From Chiloscyllium plagiosum (lineage: Eukaryota): a DNA stretch of 20,000 bases. Positions 10,999 through 20,000 of the stretch are shown in pieces. The notes beneath the pieces were generated by a model. The model made no database searches. It worked only from the letters and a program-made list of their open reading frames with translations, and was not told the origin of the DNA. Position 1 is the first letter of the stretch; each line of letters opens with the position of its first letter. The position numbers and the translations under genes are program-made. The stretch lies in the NCBI RefSeq assembly GCF_004010195.1, contig NC_057720.1:28210837-28230836 (forward strand), given 5' to 3'.

Positions 10999-11417
10999 TT
11001 CACTGAACTAATTCCTGGAATGCAAGGCCAGACTAGATAAACTGAGCCTATATTTTCTAGAGTTTAGAAAAATGTGGGGTGATCTCATTTAACCTTCTGA
11101 AATTATTAGAGATTTGTAGGGTAAATGCAGTAAAGAGGTGTCCGCTATCTGGGGAAGGTTTTCTAGAACCATGCAACACAGTTTCAGAATCTGGGGCAGG
11201 CAATTTAAGAATAATTTCCTCTCTCAGAAAGTGTTTTTGGAATTGTCTATCCCCAGAAGGCTCTGCTTTTGAGAATGTTCAAGACATTTCTCTTTATTAA
11301 AAATGTCAAGAGAGACGGGATACTGTGGCATGATGGAGATCAGCCATGATATCATTGAATGTTAGAGCCACTTCAAGGTGTTGAATGGCCAATTGCTCCT
11401 GTTTCTTATGCTGTTTT

Positions 11418-11605
11418 CACCTCTCATTCCTCTAAACTTCAGATAGTATAGACTCAGTCTCCTTGATTTGTACTCATAGTACAATATCACCCCTCCCAGG
11501 GATCAGACTGGTGAACTTGCTTTGCAGTCCTCCTATACTAGGGAAATCCTTCCTTAGATGAGGAGACCAGAAGTTTACACAAAATTGGTCGCTGGTTTTT
11601 ACCAT
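11418..11605 (-). mobile_element. Old CR1 ORF2 C-terminal fragment
   Basis: Antisense to decayed W-S-P-H-L-R-K-D .. FTSLIPG .. LSLYYLKFRGMRG sequence. Confidence 0.6.
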
Positions 11606-11869
11606 ATGACAATAGTGAGTGCATTTTGAAAGTACTTCATTTGACCCTTAGAGGCTCCACAAAAAAATTGCAAATCCCTTCCTTTCTGCTGCAGCGCTGT
11701 ACCCAGATTTTAGCATTCAAACAAAGGATGGATTTAAAAAATTATTTGTTTACCAAATGCTTTGTAAACAACATTGCCTTGTGATATATATTTGACTGCA
11801 GTCATGACATTCTACCTAAATGCAGCTAGATTTGTTGGGAAAATGTGATATCCTATTTGTATGGGATAA

Positions 11870-12046
11870 TCCAAAAATGTGCAGGTTAGGTGAATTGGCC
11901 ATGCTAAATTGCCCGTAGTGTTAGATGCAAGGGTAAATGTAGGGGTATGGGTATGGGTATGGGTGGGTGCGCTTCGGCGGGTCGGTGTGGACTGGTTGGG
12001 CCGAAGGGCCTGTTTCCACACTGTAAGTAATCTAATCTAATCTAAT
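11870..12046 (+). mobile_element. 5'-truncated HE1-type SINE with (AATCT)n tail
   Basis: Homologous to 3826-4005 (TCCAAA.ATGT.CAGGTTAGGT.AATT.GCCATGCTAA). Internal (GGGTAT)3; tail TAATCTAATCTAATCTAAT. Confidence 0.9.
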
Positions 12047-12572
12047 TTCATGTTGTGGACAGTTTTTTTTCTCAACATGGCAGAACACTGCTCATGTTTA
12101 CGGATAGATGTTGATTACAATGTTTTTCCTAAAGTTAGAAATTTAGAACCTTTTAATCATCAGTATTGGAGAAATTGTCTTGACCAGAGTTTGAAACCAT
12201 GAATGAAATTATCCATTCTGCAGTGATATTTCCTGGCCTGCCATTGAATGTTCACCTGATTGTATCTGTGGCTGTCCCAGGACTCAGGCAGATGGTTTGT
12301 TTCCAGCCTTTGCTGACAAACTAGTGTTAGCAGTATGAGTAAGTAGCAGGGAATGATGGCATATGTTGTCAGCTTATTTTTAATTCTAACTTTGGGTAGG
12401 TTGACAGCTATACTGCCCAACAATTTGCTTTTATCATTGCTGTTGCTAAAATCTTCCCTTACACTGGGGCAGCATCTGCACTTATAAGGATATGAGTAAA
12501 TGCTTTACAATCACTCCAGCAGTTCTTGCATATGCACTATGTATGTTTCATTGTTGCTGCAGCTACATCATT

Positions 12573-13204
12573 GAGAAAATGAGGACTGCAGGTGCTGGAG
12601 ATCAAAGTCAAGACTGTGGCGCTGGAAAAGCACAACAGGTCAGGCAGCATCCAAGGAGCAGGAGCATTGATGTTTTGGGCATAAGCTCTTAGTCAGGAAT
12701 GTGGCTTGAGGGCTGAGAGATAAATGGGAGGGGGTGAGCCAGGGGGAAGGTAGCTGAGAATGCAGTAGGTGGATGAAGGTGGGGTAAAAGGTGATACGCC
12801 GGAGAGGAGCGTGGAGCAGATAGATGGAATGATGATGAACAGGTCAAGAAGGTGATGCCCGGTTGGAGGCTCGGCACTGGATAAGGTAGGGGAAAGGAAA
12901 TGAGTGGGAAGGGGAGTTGAGGTGCTCAGCCATGGAGTGGTGGGGTTGGTTGATTGGTTCGGGTGTCCCAGAGATTCTCTGAAACGATCCGCAAGTTGGC
13001 GACCTATTTCCCCTATGTAGAGGTCCAGGAAAGGGAGGGAGGTGTCCAGGTAAATTTTAGGTCAGGGTGAAAGGTGTAACTGAACTAATGAATTGTTCAG
13101 CAGCCTAATGAGAGCACAAGGTAGCGCCAATACAGCCATTGGTGTAGCGGAGGGAAAGGTGGGGAATGGGAAAAGTGTCACTGTGGAAGATGGACTATTC
13201 CATC
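12573..13204 (-). mobile_element. Penelope-like element A, 3' part (RT fragment, GIY-YIG fragment, 3' terminus), internally deleted
   Basis: Minus strand reads E.SIF..PHL.LRY..CIGA..FHPDLKFTW..SLPFLDL joined to LYIGEIGRQLADRFRE. The terminus is homologous to 14985-15110 and has a decayed hammerhead at 12666-12700 (CTGACTA..AAAAC). Confidence 0.88.
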
Positions 13205-15110
13205 ACTAAGACCATCCACAACTTCATCACCTCTGGGGATCTCCTATCCACGTCTCCAACCTCATCGTCCGTGAACCCTGTACTGTCCGATTCTAACTCC
13301 TACTGAAGATTCACAAACCTGACTTCCCCAGTTGACCTATTGTCTCAGCCTGCTCCCGTCTCACTGAACTCATCTCTGCATACCTTGACACCATCTTGGT
13401 CCCCTTAGTCCAGGAACTCTCCACCTACATTTGGGACACCACCCATGCCCTTCACCACCTCCAAGGCTTTCATTTCCTTGGCCCCCAATGCCTCATCTTC
13501 ACCATGGATGTCCAGTCCCTGTACACATCCATCCGCCACGACGAAGATCTCCAAGCCCTCCATTTCTTCCTGTCATACCGTCCCAACCAGAACCCTTCCA
13601 CTGACACCCTCATCTGCCTGGCAGAACTGGTCCTCACCCTCAACAACTTCTCCTTCCAATCCTCCTAGTTCCTTCAAACCAAAGAGGTAGCCATGGGCAC
13701 CTGCATGGGACCCAACTATGTCTGCCTCTTTGTCGGGTTCGTGGAACAGTCCATCTTCTGCAGCTACACCGGCAGCACCACCACCCATCTGTTCCTCTGC
13801 TATTTTGATGACTGTATCAGCACTACCTCATGCTCCCACAACGAGGTTGAACAGTTCATCAACTTCACTAACACCTTTCATCCCAATCTCAAATTCACCT
13901 GGACAATCTTGGACACCTGCCTCTCCTTCCCAGACCTTTCCATCGCCATCTCTGGCAACCAACTAGCCACAGATATTTACTACAAGCCTTCCGACTCCCA
14001 CAGCTACCTAGACTACACCTCCTCCCATCCTACCTCCTGTAGAAAAGCCATCCCCTATTCCCAATTCCTTCACCTCCACTGCATCTGTTCCCAGGATGAC
14101 CGGTTCCACCTTAGGAAATCCCAGAAGGCCTCCTTCTTCCAAGATCGCAATTGCCCTTCCCACGTGGTCGACGATGCCCTCCAGCGCATCTCCTCCACTT
14201 CCTGTGCCTCTTATCTTGAATCTCACCCCTCCCAAGGCAACAAGGACAGAATTCTCCCATCCTCACCTTCCACCCCGCCAACCTCCGCATCATCGCATCA
14301 TCCTCCACCACTTCTGCCACCTACAAACGGACTCCACCACCAGAGATATATTTCCCTTCCCACCTCTATCAGTGTTCTGGAGAGACTATTCCCTCCACGA
14401 CTGTCTTGTCAGATCCACGACGCCACCAGCCCACACTCCACTCCTGGCACCTCCCCCTGCCACCACAATAAGTATAAAACCTACAGTTCCATCCTCACCT
14501 CCATCCACAGTCCCAAAGAATCCTTACACATCTGACAGAAATATCATCTACTGTATCCATTGCACCTGATGTGGTCATCTTTGGGATGCCCACACCAACC
14601 AACCCCACCCAATGGCTGAACACTTCAACTCCCCCTCCCACTCTGTCAAGGTCATGCAGGTCCTGGGCCGCCTCCACTACCAAACCCTTACCACCTGATG
14701 CCTGGAGGAAGAACGCTTCATATTCCACCTTGAGACCCTGCAACCACTTGGGATCAAGGTGGATTTCACCAGTTTCCCTTCCAATTACATTATCCCAGTC
14801 CCAGGCCTCCAACTTGGAACGGCTCTCTTGACCTGTCCATCACCTTTCCCATCTATCCTCTCCACCCTCCATTCCGATCTATCACCTTCTCCCCCACCTT
14901 CATCTACCTATTGCATTCTCAGCTACTTTCCCCTCCTACACAAATTCCACCTCCCTCCCAAGTATCTCTCAGCCGGCAATCCTTATTCCTGATGAAGGAC
15001 TTATGCCCGAAACATTTATTCTTCTACTCCTTGGATGCAGCCTGACCTGCTATCCTTTCCCAGCACCCCACACTCATCTCTGATCTCCTCCATCTGCAGT
15101 CCTTACTTTT
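13201..15110 (+). mobile_element. Penelope-like element B, 5'-truncated: decayed RT, partial GIY-YIG endonuclease, 3' terminal repeat
   Basis: LLKIHKPD..PIVS, FTMDVQSLYTSI, AMGTCMGPNY.CLFVG, CYFDD, DIYYKPSDSHSYLDYTSSHP..KAIPYSQF and NIIYCIHCT are PLE RT/EN motifs. Stops and deletions are present. Confidence 0.95.
14985..15021 (+). ncRNA. Minimal hammerhead ribozyme motif at the start of the PLE terminal repeat, degenerate
   Basis: ATTC CTGATGA A GGAC TTAT GCCC GAAAC ATT. Core boxes at 14989-14995 and 15009-15012; the GUC triplet is mutated. Confidence 0.6.
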
Positions 15111-15790
15111 AATAAAGAGACAGGTATAGCTGGGGCCTATGTGGGGCCCATGGCTATCCCTTTGATTTGGAGGAGGTGAGATGATTGGAAGGAGAAGTTG
15201 TTAAGGGTGAGGACCAGTTCAGCCAGGAGGGTGCGGGTTTCATTGAAGGGTACTGTTGGGTAGTGTGAAAGGAAGAAACAAAGGGCCTGGAGGCCTTCGT
15301 CATGACGAATAGATGTTAACAGTGACTGGATGTCCATGGTGAAGAAAGGCATAGGGGGTCGGGGAAACTAAAGTCTTGGAAGAGATGGAGGGTATAGGTC
15401 GTGTCCCGAACGTAGATGGGGAGTTCCTGGACTAAGGGACACAGGACGGTGTCAAGGTATGCAGAAGTGATTTCAGTGGGGCAGGAGTAGGCTGAGACAA
15501 AGGGTCAACTGGGGAATTCAGGTTTGTGAATCTTGGGTAGGAGTAGAATCGGGCAGTGCGGGGTTCTCAAACAATGAGGTTGGAGGCTGAGGATAGGCGA
15601 CCTCCAGAGGTGATGAGGTTGTGGATGGTCAGGGAGATGATGGTTTGGTGATGGCAAGTGAGGTTGTGGTCGAGGGGGCAGTAGGAGGAGGTGTACATGA
15701 GCTGGCGCCTGGCTTCAGTGGTGTAGAGGTCAGTGTACAAAGCTACCACAGTGCCCTCTTTGTCTGATGGTTTGATGGGTTGGGGGGAGA
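15111..15790 (-). mobile_element. Penelope-like element A, 5' part (RT N-terminal region)
   Basis: Minus ORFs IKPSDKEGTVV..DLYTTEARRQL..IHNLITSG and FTMDIQSLLTSIRHDEGLQAL..GIAMG. Ends at GPSY.CLF. Confidence 0.92.
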
Positions 15791-15949
15791 GGAGGGAAGA
15801 GGAAAATGACAAGAACTAAATCAAAAAGTAAGCAGCAGGTTAGCATGTGTGCAGGATGGTTTAACTATAAGGCCGATTTATGAAAGAAGGAAAAAGGAAG
15901 GTCCACTTGGGAAATATTATTAGAGATGTTGGAAATCATGAGGATACGA

Positions 15950-18690
15950 AAACTAGCATAAGGGTACGTCACCTGAATGCTCGTAGCATTTGTAACAAGA
16001 TTGATGAGTTAACAGGACAAATCATCTCGAATGAATATGATATAGTAGCCATTACGGAGGCATGGTTACAGGATGGTCACGACTGGGAATTAAATATCCA
16101 GACGTATCAGACTGGAAGTTAGGGGAAGTGGCGCAGCTCTGATATTCAAGGACGACATCAGGGCTGAGAGATGATATAGGTTCTATGGAGAATAAGGTAG
16201 AATCCATTTTAAGTGGAAATTAGAAATTAGAAACAAAGAAATAAATAATGCCGATAAAAATGGTATGGCAATTATCATGGGAGATTTTAATCTGCATATT
16301 GATTGGTCGAACCAGCTTGGTCAGGGTAGCCTTGAGGATTAGTTCATTGAGTGTATCCGCAATAGTTTTCTTGAACAGTATGCATTGGAGCCAAGGAGGG
16401 AAGCAAGCTATCCTAGGTCTGGTCTTCTGTAATGAATCATAGAGTCATAGAGATGTACAACACAGAAACAGACACTTTGGTCCAACTTGTCCATGCCGAC
16501 CAGATATCCCAACTCAATCTAGTCCCACCTGCCAGCACCCAGCCCATATCCCTCCAAGCCCTTCCTATTCATATACCCATCCAGATGCCTTTTAAATGTT
16601 GCAATTGTACCAGCCTCCACCACTTCCTCTGGCAGCCCCATTCCACACATGCACCAACCTCTGCTTGAAAAGGTTGCCCCTTAGGTCTATTTTATATCTT
16701 TCCCCTCTCACCCTAAACCTATGCCATCTAGTTCTGGACTCCCCCACCCCAGGGAAAAGACCTTGTCTATTTATTCTATCTATGCCCCTCATGATTTTAT
16801 AAACCTCTAATAAGATCACCCCTCAGCCTCGGACACTCCAGGGAAGACAGCCCTAGCCTATTCAACCTCTCCCTATAGTTCAAATTCTCCAACCCTGGCA
16901 ACATCCTTGTAAATCTTTTCTGAACCCTTTAAAGTTTCACAACATCCTTCCCTTAGGAAGGAGACCGGAATTGCATGCAATATTCAAAAAGTGGCCAAAC
17001 CAATGTTCTGTACAGCAGGAATAATTACTGACCTCATAATAGGGATCCACAAGGAAGGAGCGATCACAGTATGGTTGAATTTAGAAAACAGATGGAGAGT
17101 GTGAAGATAAAATCCAATAATGGGGTCCTGTGCTTAAACAAGGGAAACTACAATAGGACGAAGGAGGAGTTGGCTAAATTGCACTGGAAACGAAGACTTT
17201 ATGTTGGGACAGTTGACAAGCAGTGGAGGACTTCCAAAGCAATTTTTTGAAGTGCTCAGCAAAAGTATATTGCAGTGAAAAGGAAGGGCTGTAAGAAAAG
17301 GGTTAATCTGCTATGCGTGTCTAAGGAAATAATGAGGAAGATGCTTGAGTCCATTATCAAGGAACAAATAACAAGGCATCTAGGTCAAAATTATCCTGTT
17401 GGGCAGATGCAGCATGAGTTCATGAAGGGTAGGTCATCCTAAAATAATCTTTTGGAATTCTATGAAGATATTATGAACACGGTGGTCAATGGAGACTCAT
17501 TAGATGTGGTGTATCTAGGTTTCCAAAGGCCTTGACAAGTTGCTGCAAAAGATAAAGATGCATGGCATTATGGGTAAAGTATTAGTATGGATAGAGGATT
17601 GGTTGACTAGCAGGAAGCAAAGAGTGAGAATAAATGAGTGCTATTCTGGTTGGCAATCAGTAACTTGTGGTGTGCCTCAGGGATCAGTGTCGGGACTGCA
17701 ATTATTCACAGTTTATATAGATGATTTGGAGTTGGAGACCACATGTAGTGTGTCAAAATTTGCAGATGACACTAAGATGAGTGGCAGAGCAAGTATACAG
17801 AGGACTGTAACACTTTGCAGAGGAACATAGATACTTCAAGTGTGTGGTCAAAGGTCTAGCAGATGGAATACAATGTTAGTAAATATGAAGTCATCCATTT
17901 TGGTGGGAGTAACATTAAAAAAGACAGTTACTTGAATGATTAAAAAGTTGCAGCATGCTGCTGGGCAGAGGGATCTGGGTGTCCTTGTGCATGAACCAAA
18001 GAAGGCTAGTCTGCAGGTACAACAGGTCATTGGGAAGGCAAATAGAATTTTGTTCTTCGTTGCTAAAAGGATTGAGTTTAAAAGCAGGGAGGTTACGTTG
18101 CAGCTGTATAGGGTGCAGATGAGGCCACACCTGGAATACTGTTTGTAGTTTTGGTCTCTTTACATGAGAAAGGATGCACTGGCAATAGAGGGGATGCAGA
18201 GGAAGTTCATTAGGTTGAGTTTGGAGTTGAGGGGGTTGTCTTATGAGGAGAGACTGAGTAAACTGGGATTATAGTCATTGTAATAGAGAAGATTGAGGGG
18301 GGATCTTATAGAAACATATAAAATTATGAAGGGAAAAGATAAGAATGACATAGAGACAATATTTCCACTGGCAGGTGAAACTAGGACAAGAGGGCAAAGC
18401 CTCAAAATTAGGGGGAACAGAGTTGGGAACGAACTGAAAAGTAGCTTCTTCACGCAGAGAGTTGTGAAACTATGGAATTCCTTGCCCAGTGAAGAAGTTG
18501 ACACTACTTCAGTAAATGTTTTTAAAGCTAAGATTGATTTTTTTTAACAATAAAGGAATTCAGCATTATGGTGAGAGGGTGGGTAAGTGGAACTGAGGCT
18601 ACAGAAAGATCAGCCATGATCTTATTGGTTGGAGGAGCAGACTCGAAGGACCAGATGGCCTACTCCTGCTCCTAATTCTTAATTTCTTCT
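15950..18690 (+). mobile_element. CR1-clade LINE with decayed ORF2 (AP endonuclease plus RT) and 3' UTR, with internal deletions and a nested insertion
   Basis: APE motifs LNARSICNK..DIVAITEAWL, MGDFN (~16276) and SDH (~17059). RT motifs GVPQGSV, YIDDL..SKFADDTK, RPHLEYC, FFTQRVVKLWNSLP. 3' UTR GATCAGCCATGATCTTATTG..CCTACTCCTGCTCCTAATTCTTA. Confidence 0.95.
16437..17015 (-). mobile_element. CR1-clade LINE 3' fragment nested antisense in the endonuclease domain of the host CR1
   Basis: Highly similar to 5250-5825. (ATAGAGTC) tail at 16437-16452; ORF EVYKIMRGIDRINRQGLFPGVGESRTR. Confidence 0.93.
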
Positions 18691-19422
18691 CTGTTCTTAT
18701 CAGTTGATTATTAAAATAACAGGTTTGATAGATTTTTCGATCAGTTGGTGGATGTTTTTTGACTTTTGTAATTATATTACTACCTTCTGGATCAACAAGT
18801 TTATCCTTTGATTATCTGAATGAAATCAAGGAAGTTCTAGCAGAATGAGCATGGAAATCGAAATGGACCATTTGAAGGATCCATTGTGTACCAAAGTGCA
18901 TTGTTATTATTTTTCTTGTTATTGTTTTGAGGCATTTTATTCCTTTACTTTTCTAACCTGCATGCAATAGATTATGATTGAGAGGGTGAGCTATTTCATT
19001 GCTTTGCCAGTGTCCTTTTGAATAGAATATTTTATCCTGTAGACATTCAGGCCATTTGGGATGCATCTATACATTCGTGTCTGATATGAAAAAAAGATTA
19101 GTGATCAGAGCTATAATCTTCTTGACCTGTACGGCTGATTGCGCTTCTGTGCAGTTAATTTGGCTGCTCAAGTAATACAAAGTCTATGAAAAGATACAAA
19201 TTGAAAATTATTCATGCAAGAATGGGGGGACGCAGGAACTGTTTCCTGACCTAAGAGAGTAAATGCATAATTCACTTCAGGTGCATTCTCTGACGACCTT
19301 AGAGTCTGAGGAGGCTAATTGGTTTCTGAAGATGAGGATACCTTCTGGTTGCTTTAAATGGCATGAACAATCAATTGTTCTCCTTACTTATAAAGTTAAA
19401 AATCACACAACACCAGGTTATA

Positions 19423-19631
19423 ATCTTTGAGGGGAAAGTGAGGTCTGCAGATGCTGGAGATCAGAGCTGGAAATGTGTTGCTGGAAAAGCGCAGCAGGTC
19501 AGGCAGCATCCAGGGAACAGGAGAATCGACGTTTCGGGCATAAGCCTGAAGAAGGGCTTATGCCCGAAACGTCGATTCTCCTGTTCCCTGGATGCTGCCT
19601 GACCTGCTGCGCTTTTCCAGCAACACATTCC
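19423..19631. mobile_element. Young palindromic mini-element of two inverted Penelope termini, with a perfect 15-bp TSD
   Basis: Perfect 75-bp inverted repeat 19472-19546 / 19555-19629 with spacer TGAAGAAG. CAACACCAGGTTATA at 19408-19422 and 19632-19646. Arms are homologous to 14997-15070. Confidence 0.92.
19542..19578 (+). ncRNA. Minimal hammerhead ribozyme core, intact boxes
   Basis: CTGAAGA (19546-19552) A GGGC TTAT GCCC GAAAC GTC. Perfect 4-bp stem II, palindromic ACGT in place of stem III, and a GUC cleavage triplet. Helix I pairing is weak. Confidence 0.7.
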
Positions 19632-19670
19632 CAACACCAGGTTATAGTCCACCAGGTTTAATTGGAAGCA

Positions 19671-20000
19671 ATAGACAATAGGTGCAGGAGTAGGCCATTC
19701 TGCCCTTCAAGCCTGCACCACCATTCAATATGATCATGGCTGATCATCCTTAATCAGTATCCTGTTCCTGCCTTATCTCCATAACCCCTGATTCACTATC
19801 CTTGAGAGCTCTATCCAACTCTTTCTTAAATGAATCCAGAGACTGGGCCTCCACTGCCCTCTGGGGCAGAGCATTCCACACAGCCACCACTCTCTGGGTG
19901 AAGAAGTTTCTCCTCATCTCTGTCCTAAATGGTCTACCCCATATTTTTAAGCTGTGTCCTCTGGTTTGGCACTCACCCATCAGCGGAAACATGCTTCCTG
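19671..20000 (-). mobile_element. CR1-clade LINE 3' end (continues beyond the window)
   Basis: Minus ORF TRGHSLKIWGRPFRTEMRRNFFTQRVVAVWNALPQ..FKKELD. 3' UTR and ATAGACAATAG tail at 19671. Confidence 0.93.

Larger units (their letters stand above)
8791..11410 (+). mobile_element. Old CR1-clade LINE (ORF2 mid-region to 3' UTR), split by two younger insertions
   Basis: Degenerate LKVDK.PGP..L.P.ILKEV, FKKGGK..PGNYRPLSL.S, VDVVYLDFQ.AF and IYINDL up to ~9572. Resumes at ~10325 with F(T)DDTK and again at ~11000. 3' UTR GATCAGCCATGAT..GAATGGCC..CTCCTGTTTCTTATG. Confidence 0.85.
19392..19670. repeat. Short remnant of another dispersed-repeat terminus (probably Penelope-like) serving as the insertion target
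   Basis: Removing 19423-19646 restores AAAGTTAAAAATCACACAACACCAGGTTATAGTCCACCAGGTTTAATTGGAAGCA. The family assignment is from recollection of shark repeats and is not verifiable here. Confidence 0.45.

Noticed and set aside
12224..12338. Candidate host exon (TTCTGCAG acceptor, GTAAGT donor)
   Set aside because: All three frames contain a stop (one directly at the donor), the peptide is not recognisable, and the polypyrimidine tract is weak.
13693..14535. 280-aa ORF as a functional or domesticated gene
   Set aside because: It is an internal PLE RT fragment with upstream stops, and its C-terminal part runs out of frame.
19040..19360. Possible exon after TTTTATCCTGTAG
   Set aside because: Frames close early and give no recognisable protein; conservation cannot be assessed here.
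19363..19661. Near-identical ORFs on both strands (MCCWKSAAGQ...)
   Set aside because: A trivial consequence of the perfect inverted repeat.

Overview
Eukaryotic, repeat-saturated intronic or intergenic DNA, most likely from an elasmobranch (shark) genome; this is inferred from HE1-type SINEs and HER1/CR1-type LINEs. No intact host gene or intact transposon ORF is evident, and the ORF track is mostly retroelement fragments or their antisense shadows. The window holds about ten decayed CR1-clade LINE pieces (several nested), one L2-like LINE remnant, three tRNA-derived SINEs, a probable solo LTR with CCAAT/TATA boxes, and a compound Penelope-like element (PLE) locus at 12573-15790 in which one copy sits antisense inside another. 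The most notable signal is a set of PLE termini carrying a minimal hammerhead-ribozyme core (CUGANGA-stem II-GAAAC-GUC). Two of these, from different sequence families, are stand-alone palindromic mini-elements of about 210-230 bp. Each is folded back at the hammerhead and flanked by a 14-15 bp target-site duplication (TSD); they lie at 19423-19631 (perfect 75-bp arms) and 10767-10998. A separate oddity at 5982-6088 is a snap-back plus locally templated 60-bp insertion that resembles a polymerase-theta repair scar. Boundaries of old repeats are read by eye and approximate.
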